This document shows positions 10,239-20,984 of a stretch of 64,000 bases of DNA, in pieces. Source of the DNA: Thermoanaerobaculia bacterium (lineage in GTDB: Bacteria > Acidobacteriota > Thermoanaerobaculia > UBA5066); NCBI GenBank assembly GCA_038245905.1, contig JBBRRY010000009.1:26729-90728 (forward strand), written 5' to 3'. The notes below the pieces were generated by a model. It was given only the letters and a program-made list of their open reading frames with translations. It made no database searches and was not told the DNA's origin. Within the stretch, counting starts at the first letter, position 1; each line of letters begins with the position of its first letter. Position numbers and translations under genes: made by a program.

Positions 10239-11132
10239 TTACGTGACGCGGTGCCCCGCGGCTTCGCCGATTCTCGCGAGTGCCGCGAGGAACCGGAGCG
10301 TCTCTTCGACGTCGTGGACGCGGACGAGGACGGGGCGCGTCCGCGCCGATTCGGCACAGAGAGCCGCCGCCGCGAGCGACTCGGGCAGGCGTTCGTGCAC
10401 GGCCGCCCCCGCGATCGTCCCGAGGAACGCCTTGCGGGACGCACCGACGACGAGCGGGACGCCGGGAGACGCGAGTCGGTCCAGCGCGCCGAGGAGCGCA
10501 AAGTTCTGTTCGGGCGTCTTGCCGAATCCGAGACCCGGGTCGAGGAAGATTCTCTGCTCGGAAATTCCGGAAGAGATCGCGCGGGCGCGCGCCGTCTCCA
10601 GGTCCATGGCCGCTTCTCGTGTCACGTTCTGGAAAGAGGATTCTTTGAAGGTGGAAGAGGGAGTTCCGCGGCAATGGTTCAGCACGATCGCGGCGCCGCG
10701 GCTCGCAACGAGATCGAGGAGATCTGCGGAGACGTCGAGTCCGGTGACGACGTTGACCATGTCCGCGCCCGCGTCGAGCGCCGCGCGGGCCACCTCGACG
10801 CGCCGCGTGTCAATCGAGAGAGGAAGAGACGGAAGATTTCTTCGAAGGGAAGAGAGGATGGGAAGCACGCGGTCGATCTCTTCACTCGAGGAAATCTCTT
10901 TCGCGCCCTCTCCGTAAGCGCTGCCCCCGGGGCGTGTGCTCTCCCCCCCCACGTCTACGATTGCCGCGCCGAGGTCCGCGTATCGCGCGCCCTCTTCCGC
11001 CGCCTCCTCCGCGCTCGCGAAGCGGCCGCCGTCGCTGAAGGAGTCCGGCGTGACGTTCAGGATCGCCATGACGCCGGGGAGCGGCCCGAGGGCGAGCGTG
11101 CGGCCCGAGCCGAACTTCAGGACGGAGGTCAT
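10239..11132 (-). CDS. folP: Dihydropteroate synthase
   Basis: ILNVTPDSFSDGG, DVGGESTRPG, DPGLGFGK, GASRK, RVHDV. Start at ATG 11132. Confidence 0.95.
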   Translation of the reverse strand: MTSVLKFGSGRTLALGPLPGVMAILNVTPDSFSDGGRFASAEEAAEEGARYADLGAAIVDVGGESTRPGGSAYGEGAKEISSSEEIDRVLPILSSLRRNLPSLPLSIDTRRVEVARAALDAGADMVNVVTGLDVSADLLDLVASRGAAIVLNHCRGTPSSTFKESSFQNVTREAAMDLETARARAISSGISEQRIFLDPGLGFGKTPEQNFALLGALDRLASPGVPLVVGASRKAFLGTIAGAAVHERLPESLAAAALCAESARTRPVLVRVHDVEETLRFLAALARIGEAAGHRVT

Positions 11133-11149
11133 CCCGCTATTATCCGGGC

Positions 11150-12367
11150 ATGGAAGAACGCGACGTCGTCGTCGCGGGAGGCGGGATCGCGGGTCTCGCC
11201 TTCGCGCACCACGCGGCGGCGGCGGGCCGTTCCGTGCTCGTGTTCGAAGCGGGGACACGCGTCGGCGGCTGCCTGAACACGCGGCGCCTCGCGGACGGCT
11301 TCTGGTACGAGGCGGGTGCGCACACGGCCTACAACTCTTACGGGGCGTTTCTCGAGCTCGTCGAGGCCTGCGGTCTCATGGGCGGGATCCGCGCGCGCGG
11401 CGAGGCGCGTAAGCGCTTCGCCCTCCTGAAGGACGGCCGCATCTCGATGATGGGGCCCCTCTCCGTCTTCCTGAAGTTCGACCCCGTGGAGCTCCTTCTC
11501 ACGGCGCCGTTCGGACTCTTCCGCTCTAAGGACGGCCGGACGACGGCCGAGGCGTACGGCGGCATCGTCGGGAGGCGCAACTATGCGAACGTCCTCTCGC
11601 CATTTCTCGCGGCCGTTCCGTCGCAGAACGCTGACGGCTTCCCGGCGCACGGGCCGGGCTCGTTGTTCAAGACGCGCGCGCGGCGCAAGGACGTCGTGAA
11701 GAGCTTCACGCTGGAAGGCGGTCTCTCGGTGGTCGCCGACGCGCTCGCGCTAAGGCCGAACGTCGAGGTGCGGACGGGCGCGCCGGTGAAGAGCCTGCGC
11801 CGGGATGGCGCGGGATTCACCGTGACGCTCGAGGACGGCGCGGCCGTCACCGCGCGCACGGCCGCGCTCGCCGTGCCCCCGCCCGCGGCCGCGGCGCTCC
11901 TCGGGGACGGCAAGAGCGCGCTCGTGGCGGCGCTCTCGTCCATCGGCTCGGTACGCGTCGAGACCGTGGCGGTCGCGCTCCCGCGGGAGAAGACGGCTCT
12001 TCCCGAGATGGCGTTCCTCGTGCCGGTGAACGACCTCTTTCACTCGGCGGTCACGCGCGACCCCGTGCCCGGCGGGCGTCTGCGTGCCTTCGCGTTCCAC
12101 TTCAAGCCCGGCCACGCGCGGGAGGAGAAGCTCGCGCGCATCGAGCAGGTCCTCGGCGCCTCGCGCGAGGCCTTCGTCGACATCGCGGAGTCCGCCGTCG
12201 TCCTCCCCGCGCCTGCCCGCGCGCACGCGGAGTCCGTAGCCGCAATCGACCGCGCCGTCGCGGGCTCGCGCCTCGCCGTGACGGGCAACTTCTTCGACGG
12301 CCTCGCCATCGAGGACTGCGTCCTGCGCTCGAAGGCCGAGTGGGCACGGGTGTCGGCGCTCGTGTAG
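11150..12367 (+). CDS. FAD-dependent oxidoreductase, protoporphyrinogen oxidase (HemY)-like
   Basis: VVAGGGIAGL dinucleotide motif, RVGG, EAGAHT, C-terminal GNFFDGLAIEDCV. Confidence 0.75.
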   Translation: MEERDVVVAGGGIAGLAFAHHAAAAGRSVLVFEAGTRVGGCLNTRRLADGFWYEAGAHTAYNSYGAFLELVEACGLMGGIRARGEARKRFALLKDGRISMMGPLSVFLKFDPVELLLTAPFGLFRSKDGRTTAEAYGGIVGRRNYANVLSPFLAAVPSQNADGFPAHGPGSLFKTRARRKDVVKSFTLEGGLSVVADALALRPNVEVRTGAPVKSLRRDGAGFTVTLEDGAAVTARTAALAVPPPAAAALLGDGKSALVAALSSIGSVRVETVAVALPREKTALPEMAFLVPVNDLFHSAVTRDPVPGGRLRAFAFHFKPGHAREEKLARIEQVLGASREAFVDIAESAVVLPAPARAHAESVAAIDRAVAGSRLAVTGNFFDGLAIEDCVLRSKAEWARVSALV

Positions 12368-12383
12368 ACCGGATCGGCGCCCG

Positions 12384-12776
12384 TCAGGCGCGGGCGATGT
12401 CCACGGGAAGGACCGTCGCGATGCGGGTGAAGTCTGAGTCCCGCGTGAGGAGCGTGTGCCGGGACTCGGCGGCAGTCAGCGCGATCAGGAGGTCGACGAG
12501 CGCGGCCTGCGTGCCGCGGCGCGCGAGCGCGAAGCGCGCTTCGGCGATCCGCGGCCAGGAGTCCGGCGGGTCGGAGAGGACGTCGACACCCTCGAACGCG
12601 GCTTTGAGCCGCTCGAACTCGACGCGCGTACGCGCTCCTGAAAGGACCTCCGCGAGGATCGGCCCGCAGACGGCGACACGGTCGGTCTCGAGCGCCGCGT
12701 CGATCCGGGAGACGACGCGCGGGTTTCCCCTGAAGAACTCGACCCAGACCGAGGAGTCGACGAGGAGGTCGCTCAC
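12384..12776 (-). CDS. vapC: PIN-domain toxin (VapC family)
   Basis: LVDSSVWV, ILAEVL, DLLIA, LLTRDSDF; GTG start overlaps the antitoxin stop. Confidence 0.9.
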   Translation of the reverse strand: MSDLLVDSSVWVEFFRGNPRVVSRIDAALETDRVAVCGPILAEVLSGARTRVEFERLKAAFEGVDVLSDPPDSWPRIAEARFALARRGTQAALVDLLIALTAAESRHTLLTRDSDFTRIATVLPVDIARA

Positions 12777-12970
12777 GAAGGCCGCTGGCGCGCCTTCTTC
12801 AGGTCGATCTGAAGGTCCACGCGGCCCGCGAGGCGGCGCAGGTCTTCGCGCTTCGCTTTCCGGACGAGCTCGTGGAGGCCGGCGACGACGGTCTCGCGTT
12901 TCGTGGCGAGGCGCGCGGCCTTCCGCGCGTCTTCGAGGAGCTGCTCGGGGAGGTCAAAGGTCGTGCGCAT
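12773..12970 (-). CDS. vapB: VapB-type antitoxin (ribbon-helix-helix)
   Basis: MRTTFDLPEQLLEDARKAARLATKRETVVAGL; directly upstream of the PIN gene. Confidence 0.88.
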   Translation of the reverse strand: MRTTFDLPEQLLEDARKAARLATKRETVVAGLHELVRKAKREDLRRLAGRVDLQIDLKKARQRPS

Positions 12971-12976
12971 GCACAA

Positions 12977-13005
12977 AGCATAAGAAAGTGCTGCATTTTA
13001 TGCAA
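12977..13005 (-). promoter_or_regulatory. Sigma-70 promoter of vapBC with overlapping palindromic operator
   Basis: TTGCAT-17 nt-TATGCT, 6 nt before ATG 12970. Near-palindrome TGCATTTTATGCA (12992-13004) overlaps the -35. Confidence 0.7.
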
Positions 13006-13044
13006 CACGCTGAACGAAAAGGACCGCCGACGCCCGTCGGACGG

Positions 13045-13962
13045 CTACGCCACCAGGATCGGGTTTCTCAGGACGCCGATACCCTCGATCTCCGACTCGA
13101 GCACGTCCCCGGGCTTGAGATATTCGGGCGGTTTGCGGGCGTGACCGATGCCCGGAGGCGTTCCCGTCGAGAGGATGTCCCCGGACTCGAGCGTCAGGCC
13201 GAGCGAAAGCTCGGCGAGGAGACGCGGAACCTTGAAGTACATCTGGCTCGTGTTTCCGTCCTGCTTCACGACGTCGTTAACCCGCGAGACGAGGCGGCGC
13301 GAGGACCAGTCGAAGCCGTCCGCCGTGACGATCCAGGGCCCCATTGGCGCGTGCCCGTCCAGGCTCTTGCCCTTCCACCACTGACCGCCGTGCTTTTTCT
13401 GCTGTATGTCGCGGGCAGTAGTGTCGTTGAGGACGCAGTATCCGAATACGTGATCCATCGCCTCTTCCTCGGAGAGGTTTTTCCCGCGCCGGCCGACGAT
13501 GACCGCAAGCTCGACTTCCCAGTCGATCGCCGTCGACACTCGGGGGTCGTACGGAATGGGGTCGTACGGGCCATTGACGGCGTTCGTCCCCTTCGTGAAG
13601 AAGACGGGATGCTCGGGGAGAGCCTGGCCGGAATCCCGGAGCGATTTCCCTTCTTCGAAGTGCTCGACGTAGTTCCACCCGACGCAATGGACGTTGCGGC
13701 GGGGGACGGGGATCGGTGCGGTGAGGTGAACGTCCTCGACGCGTGGCCCGTCGCCGTCGGAGCGGCCGACGAGAGCCTGGACCTCGACGAGAGATTTCTC
13801 TTCCGCCGCGATCAGCGAAAGCATGTCGAGAGGATCGAACGACAGAGGACTGTTCTGCCGGCGCGCCTCCGCTCCGAGATCGACGACCCGGCCTTCGTCG
13901 GAGAGCACCCCGACGCGGATCCGTTCGCCGGCGAAGGGAACGAAGCTGAAAAGTCGCATCAC
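13045..13962 (-). CDS. Fumarylacetoacetate hydrolase family protein
   Basis: CVGWNYVEH, DWEVELAVIVG, NDTTARD, GKSLD, GDILSTGTPPG. Confidence 0.92.
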   Translation of the reverse strand: MMRLFSFVPFAGERIRVGVLSDEGRVVDLGAEARRQNSPLSFDPLDMLSLIAAEEKSLVEVQALVGRSDGDGPRVEDVHLTAPIPVPRRNVHCVGWNYVEHFEEGKSLRDSGQALPEHPVFFTKGTNAVNGPYDPIPYDPRVSTAIDWEVELAVIVGRRGKNLSEEEAMDHVFGYCVLNDTTARDIQQKKHGGQWWKGKSLDGHAPMGPWIVTADGFDWSSRRLVSRVNDVVKQDGNTSQMYFKVPRLLAELSLGLTLESGDILSTGTPPGIGHARKPPEYLKPGDVLESEIEGIGVLRNPILVA

Positions 13963-14040
13963 TACCTCTCCTCTCGCACATGTTTCAACCGGGGGTCTCC
14001 CGACCCATTCAGGCCGGCTTCGGGCTCAAGATCAAAGATG

Positions 14041-14613
14041 TTAAAGGTCCGCCCGAAATGTCTCGACTTGATAAACCGCCAGGCGCAGGTCACCGGCCCG
14101 GAGGTTGGCGGGAAGCCCGGCCTTTCTCTTGAGATGCGCCATGAAGTCGTGTGGCTCCGGCAGTTGTTCCCAGACCTGCGGCAGAAAGGTGGCGCGCTGC
14201 GTGCCGTATTGAATGATGACACCGTCGATGCCGGGACGAAGGCGGAGCAGGGCATCGGCCTCGCTGCTGAACTCGAGCGGCTGCGGCGGGGTCAGCACGG
14301 AAACCTCGACGCATACGGCGGGTAATTCGTCGGCCGCCAGGGGTGGAAAGCGCGGGTCGCCAAAGGCGGCGGCATGGGCGTTGTGGGTCACGTCGTCGTA
14401 CAGGGAGCGATGCGCTTCGAGTGAGCCGATGCAGCCGCGCAGCTGCCCGTGAAGGGTAAGGGTGACGAAGGTGGCCGCCGGTGCGTCGAGCCAGACCGGA
14501 CGGAGCAGGAAGGGCCAGGACGCGCCGAATTCGGCGGCAATCGCAGCGCGTGCCAGTGCGGTGAGGAGCCGGCCTTTGGTCTGATGTTCCGCCGCCACGA
14601 TGACTGTCTTCAT
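14041..14613 (-). CDS. amrA: AmmeMemoRadiSam system protein A (AMMECR1 domain)
   Basis: ATFVTL...LRGCIGS...AAFGDPRF...EVSVLT...ATFLPQVW...LKRKAG. Start ATG 14613, the tail of the 14041-16227 ORF. Confidence 0.9.
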   Translation of the reverse strand: MKTVIVAAEHQTKGRLLTALARAAIAAEFGASWPFLLRPVWLDAPAATFVTLTLHGQLRGCIGSLEAHRSLYDDVTHNAHAAAFGDPRFPPLAADELPAVCVEVSVLTPPQPLEFSSEADALLRLRPGIDGVIIQYGTQRATFLPQVWEQLPEPHDFMAHLKRKAGLPANLRAGDLRLAVYQVETFRADL

Positions 14614-14633
14614 CGGTCGCCGCGAGCGAGGCC

Positions 14634-16559
<1,926 letters not shown>

Positions 16560-16601
16560 CTTGTGCCCTCGACTCTCATACGCCGGTTTGGAGGATGTGG
16601 T

Positions 16602-17165
16602 TCATCTCGTGGGGGCGGGTCGGTCCGCTGCGGACTCGAACGGCGCCTCGCCTTCGGTTCGGACCTGGGCGATGAACGGGAGGTTCCCGCCCTCGCCTTC
16701 GAATTCCATGCCATATCCGACGAGGACGCTTTCCTCGGCGGGGAAAAGGACGTAGTCCGCGCGGAGCGGGCTCTTCCGGTCCTGCGGGTGGTCCACCACA
16801 CAGGCGAAACGGATCGAGCGGGGCTTTTCTTCCCGAAGCTGGTTCTGGAGCCAGCTTTCCACGACCCCGCTCCTCACGACGTCCTTGAGGACGATGAGAT
16901 GGGAGTGAGCGACGTCGAACGGCGCCAGGAAGTGATAATTGACCACCTTCTCGTGTGCGCCCTCCCGGAGGACGTCGATGTACTCGCAGCGCACCTTCCG
17001 GGGGACGGCCCGGGCCAGGTCCGCCACGAAGAAACCCGCGCCCTTGAGGACCGCGATGAGGACGATGTCTCCGTCCGGATAGTCCTGGGCGATCCTCCGG
17101 CCCACGTCCGCGACGCGCCGGGCGATCTCCTGGGGGCCGTAGAGCTCGTCGTAGATCAGAGCCAC
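16602..17165 (-). CDS. hpt: Hypoxanthine phosphoribosyltransferase (divergent)
   Basis: IAVLKGAGFFVADLAR, VLVGYGM..GNLPFI; sits between tilS and ftsH. The PRPP loop reads VLKDVVRSG instead of VEDIxDTG. Confidence 0.75.
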   Translation of the reverse strand: MALIYDELYGPQEIARRVADVGRRIAQDYPDGDIVLIAVLKGAGFFVADLARAVPRKVRCEYIDVLREGAHEKVVNYHFLAPFDVAHSHLIVLKDVVRSGVVESWLQNQLREEKPRSIRFACVVDHPQDRKSPLRADYVLFPAEESVLVGYGMEFEGEGGNLPFIAQVRTEGEAPFESAADRPAPTR

Positions 17166-17209
17166 AGGCGTGGAAGTCTAGCAGGGGGCTGCCCCGGGAA
17201 CGGGGAGGA

Positions 17210-18685
17210 TCAGGGCCGCGAATACTCGTCGATGACGCGCCCGATGGCCCGCCGGCAGACGGGGCAGAAGCCCCCGGGGTCGCGCGTGAACATGATGCAG
17301 TCGGCCGATGGCCGGTAGAGTCCCTTCGCCTCGTAGGAGGCACCCTCGAATGCGCCAACCTTGCCGGACCAGGGCATCGAGGACAGCAGCTTCGAGTCGA
17401 GACCCATCTGCCGGCGGAAGAGATCGTCGAGCGCCGATGGGGGCGCGCCCGATGCGATGAGACGCTTGCGCTCGGCCTGAATGCCGCGCGTCTGTTTCTC
17501 GAAGGCGTCCTTCTCCCACGGCGTCGGCCGCGGCGTCCCCTTCTCGACGAGATCCGCCCATTTGAATGCCGCCGGGTCCGCCGTCACGTTCGGCTCCCAG
17601 GGCTCCGGCTTCGGGCCGCCGGTCTCGTAGGCCACGTCCGAGCCGTAGTACTCGTCGGCGAGGCCCGCGAAGTGATGGCCGAACTCGTGCACGAAGACGT
17701 ATTCCGAAAAGCCCGTGTCCACCGAAGCTGTCGCCTGGAAGTTGTAGATGCCGCCGCCGCCGTACCGCGCGTCGTTCACGAGAATCTCGAGGAAGTCGTA
17801 CGGCGCCGCCGATGCCGCTTCGCGAAGGGCGCGGTCGTCGTACGTGAGCATGTAGCGCTCCGAGCCGAAGATGCCGTACTGGACGGACAGCGGCGTCCGC
17901 CGGAAGATGCGAGAGTCCGGGCGGAAAACGCCGCTCTCGCTCGCGGCGAGATCGAGCGCACGGACGTTGAAGTCGGCCCTGCGGCTCTTGAAAGGCTCGT
18001 ACGTGAAGAGAATGTCCACGAGCCTCTTCACGTCGGCGTGGAACTTCGTCAGGTCTTTCTCGGCGTAGCCCTCGCCGAGGATCAGGAGGTCGAGCTTCGA
18101 GGCGGCGGGCCCGTTCTCGAAGACGGTCCAGACCTTCCCGAGGGGCGGGCGGGGCGCGGGGTTCGATTCCGGCCCGGCGGGGTCGATCACGGCCTGGAAC
18201 AGCTCGTGGAAGACGTTGTCCTTGTCGCGGCGCTCGAGGACGACCCGGACTTTCTCCCGCGGCCATGGGATCCGGAGAGACTCCGGGAACGTGCGGGCGA
18301 CTCGCCGGGCCTCTTCCGTCTGCTCCCATTCGCTGTAGAGCGAGGAGTAGCCGCGCGAGAAGACGACGCGATTCGTCCGGAGGTCCCGCGCCTCGACGAA
18401 ATGGCTGCCGAGATTCGTCTCGTCGAGGAGGCGCGTGCGGCTTCCCGGCCACGGCCCGTCGTCGACGGCGCGGTCGAGCGCCACGATCTCTCCCTTTGGA
18501 CCGCCCGTGTGGAAGAGGTCGACGCGCATCGTGCGTCCGGTGAAACGGGTGTCGAATATCGAGGAAGAGGAAGAGATTTCTGCTGAAGAGGGAGAAGAAA
18601 GAAAGATTTCTTTGAAAAGGAAGAGAGAGGGGAGGGCCGCAGCAATCAACGAGAGGCGGCGCAGGGCGAGTCGGTGGGGCTTCAT
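17210..18685 (-). CDS. Secreted peptidase M64 (IgA peptidase family)
   Basis: Signal peptide, TMRVDLFHTG N-domain, YGGGGIYN, HEFGH..GLADEY, CIM..FCPVC. Start ATG 18685. Confidence 0.9.
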   Translation of the reverse strand: MKPHRLALRRLSLIAAALPSLFLFKEIFLSSPSSAEISSSSSIFDTRFTGRTMRVDLFHTGGPKGEIVALDRAVDDGPWPGSRTRLLDETNLGSHFVEARDLRTNRVVFSRGYSSLYSEWEQTEEARRVARTFPESLRIPWPREKVRVVLERRDKDNVFHELFQAVIDPAGPESNPAPRPPLGKVWTVFENGPAASKLDLLILGEGYAEKDLTKFHADVKRLVDILFTYEPFKSRRADFNVRALDLAASESGVFRPDSRIFRRTPLSVQYGIFGSERYMLTYDDRALREAASAAPYDFLEILVNDARYGGGGIYNFQATASVDTGFSEYVFVHEFGHHFAGLADEYYGSDVAYETGGPKPEPWEPNVTADPAAFKWADLVEKGTPRPTPWEKDAFEKQTRGIQAERKRLIASGAPPSALDDLFRRQMGLDSKLLSSMPWSGKVGAFEGASYEAKGLYRPSADCIMFTRDPGGFCPVCRRAIGRVIDEYSRP

Positions 18686-18689
18686 GGGG

Positions 18690-19661
18690 TCATCGTAAGC
18701 CCGGAACGAATCGCACGCGACGCGGGTCGACCTGGATGCGTCCCCCGGCAAACTCCTCCCCGAAGGTCTTGTCGCCTTTCTCGAGACGGAGCAGGACCTT
18801 CGTGATCTGGGCTTTTCCAGGGACCCTTCCGCCCGCTCCTGCGGCGCGGACGAGCAGCCGGCCGGCCTCCTCGCGCGAGAGGCGGGTGAAAAACGCACGC
18901 GGCCAATTACCATTCGAAGAAATCTTCTCTTCCGCCATCTTTTCGTCCAGACGCAGGTCGAGCGCGTCGAGGTGGCGCGTGACGGCCTCTCCGGCGCGGG
19001 CGAGCCTCCGGGAGGTTCCCGGGAACTTCCGTTCGAGGTCCGGAAGCACCGTGCGGCGGATGCGGTTGCGCGCGAACCCCTCGTTTTCGTTCGTTTCGTC
19101 CTCGCGGAACGGCGAACCGCGCTCTTCGAGGAATTGCCGGAGCTCGGCGCGCGAGAACGGGAGCAGCGGCCGGATCACGCCGTCTTCGCGCCGCGCCCGG
19201 ATGCCGCCTCGCCCTCGGCCCAGCTTCCGCTCGAGATGGAGGAGGACGGTTTCGGCCTGGTCGTCGCGCGTGTGGCCCGTGAGGACCGGGGCGTCTTCGA
19301 GGTCGTGGGAGAGCGCGAGAAGTGCCGCATACCGAAGACGCCGCGCGGCGGCCTCGAGGCTCTCGCCCTTCTTTCGCGAAGTCGGCACGTCCACGGGGCG
19401 AAACGCGAATGGGATCTCGAGCGCGGCCGCGAAACGCGCGCAGAAGCGGGCGTCCTCGTCGCCGGCCGTGCCCCTCAGGCCGTGCGCAACGTGCGCCGAC
19501 ACGACCGCGACGCCGCGCGGCAGGGCCCACTCAGAGACGAGGATGAGGAGCGCCGTCGAATCGCCGCCGCCCGAATGCGCCACGAGAAGCGTCGAGGAGC
19601 CCGGCAGGAGGCGCTCCTCCTCGACGTGGCGGGCGAATCGTTCCTCGAGCGGCTCCTGCAT
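18690..19661 (-). CDS. tilS: tRNA(Ile)-lysidine synthase (short form)
   Basis: AHSGGGDS, HGLR, EAAARRLRY, GHTRDDQAET, RPLL, DETN, RNRIR. Confidence 0.93.
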   Translation of the reverse strand: MQEPLEERFARHVEEERLLPGSSTLLVAHSGGGDSTALLILVSEWALPRGVAVVSAHVAHGLRGTAGDEDARFCARFAAALEIPFAFRPVDVPTSRKKGESLEAAARRLRYAALLALSHDLEDAPVLTGHTRDDQAETVLLHLERKLGRGRGGIRARREDGVIRPLLPFSRAELRQFLEERGSPFREDETNENEGFARNRIRRTVLPDLERKFPGTSRRLARAGEAVTRHLDALDLRLDEKMAEEKISSNGNWPRAFFTRLSREEAGRLLVRAAGAGGRVPGKAQITKVLLRLEKGDKTFGEEFAGGRIQVDPRRVRFVPGLR

Positions 19662-19712
19662 CCTGCGCTATCATCCGCCCTCCGCCCGGGCCCCCGGGCG
19701 AGCCTTTTTCGG

Positions 19713-19790
19713 GGCGGCGTAGCTCAGATTGGCCAGAGCAGGGGTCTCATAAGCCCTTTGTCGGCGGTTCGATTCCGCCCGCCGCCACCA
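19713..19790 (+). tRNA. tRNA with CAU anticodon (probably elongator Met; Ile2 not excluded)
   Basis: GGCGGCG/CGCCGCC acceptor stem, TAGCTCAG D-arm, CTCATAA loop, GGTTCGATTCC T-arm, encoded CCA. The G1:C72 pair argues against initiator. Confidence 0.93.
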
Positions 19791-19818
19791 GCCTTCTCAC
19801 GGGGCCTATGATTCCTCC

Positions 19819-20052
19819 GTGCGCCGGCGCGAGCAGGACGAGGACCCTTCACCTTACGTCTTCTGCGAAAGATGTCAGCAGATGTCCGAGCGGATGCTCA
19901 TCCAGGACTGCCCTTACTGCTCCAAGGAATTTTGCAGGTCCTGCGCCGTTCGCTCTGGAAGCCTCGCGTTCTGCAGCAAGGCTTGCGCGGACGCGTGGTT
20001 CTTCGCCGAGGCCGACGAAGATGAAGACGCCGAGGACAGGAAGAAGGACTGA
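19819..20052 (+). CDS. Small Cys-rich putative zinc-finger protein
   Basis: CERC, CPYC, CRSC, CSKAC and an acidic tail; TATGAT 6 nt before GTG. Confidence 0.7.
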   Translation: MRRREQDEDPSPYVFCERCQQMSERMLIQDCPYCSKEFCRSCAVRSGSLAFCSKACADAWFFAEADEDEDAEDRKKD

Positions 20053-20119
20053 CCGTGGGTCTCTCCTCCGGCGCGGACGCTGAGCGCCGTAGACTCTCCC
20101 GTCCCCTTCAGGAGGAGAA

Positions 20120-20968
20120 ATGTCGTGTGACCCGGAAGAGCTCGGGGGAATCGATCTCTTCGCGCACCTGAGCGCCGGGGACCGCGCGGGTCTCGCGGAG
20201 CTCGTCGACCGGAGAGCCCTGGAGGCCGGCGAGACGCTTTTTTCCATCGGAGACCCCGGCGAATCCCTCTTCGTCGTGAGAAGCGGCCGGGTCGAGCTGT
20301 TCCTCAAGGACACGGCCGGCCAGAAGATCGTGCTGTCGGTGGCGGACCCCGGCGACATCTTCGGCGAGCTGGCGCTCCTCGACGGCGGCGCGCGCTCTGC
20401 GAGCGTGGTGGCCCTCGCGGAAACGGAGCTCCTCGAGCTCAGCCGCGCGCACCTTCTCCCGCTGTTTCAGCGGAGCCCCGAAGTCGCACTGCGTCTCTTC
20501 GCCGGGATGGGTCAGATGACGCGCAAGGCGGACGATCTTCTGAAGGCCCGCGTGTCCCGCAACGCGAACATCGAGGCCGAGGCGAACCTCAGCCGCTTGC
20601 AGAAGGTCGCGGACTGGATCAGCGACTTCAGCGGCCGGATGCCCTTCCTGATCCTGAACGCGCTCTGGTTCCTCGTGTGGATCGCGGTCAACACGCTTCC
20701 GCTGGGCGTAGAGGCGTTCGACCCGTACCCCTTCGGCCTCCTCACGATGATCGTCTCGCTCGAAGCGATCTTCCTGTCCTGCTTCGTGCTCATCAGTCAG
20801 AACCGCCAGGCGGAGAAGGACCACGTGCGATCGGACATCGAGTACGAGGTGAACATCAAGGCGGAGCTCGAGATCGCGCACCTGCACGAGAAGACGGACC
20901 GGATCCAGACCGAGATGCTCGAGCATTTCAGGCGCCTCGAGAAAGCGCTCGCCGCCGCACGCGGCTGA
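20120..20968 (+). CDS. cNMP-binding domain plus DUF1003 membrane protein
   Basis: FGELALLDGGARSASV; FDPYPFGLLT..LEAIFLS..LISQNRQ; RBS AGGAGG. Confidence 0.9.
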   Translation: MSCDPEELGGIDLFAHLSAGDRAGLAELVDRRALEAGETLFSIGDPGESLFVVRSGRVELFLKDTAGQKIVLSVADPGDIFGELALLDGGARSASVVALAETELLELSRAHLLPLFQRSPEVALRLFAGMGQMTRKADDLLKARVSRNANIEAEANLSRLQKVADWISDFSGRMPFLILNALWFLVWIAVNTLPLGVEAFDPYPFGLLTMIVSLEAIFLSCFVLISQNRQAEKDHVRSDIEYEVNIKAELEIAHLHEKTDRIQTEMLEHFRRLEKALAAARG

Positions 20969-20984
20969 TAGAGTTCGAGGAAAC

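Noticed and set aside
12384-13005. vapBC as part of a mobile element or defence island
   Set aside because: No transposase, terminal repeats or other defence genes are adjacent.
19790-20120. Integrative element at the tRNA 3' end
   Set aside because: No integrase and no duplicated tRNA 3' end were seen in the window.
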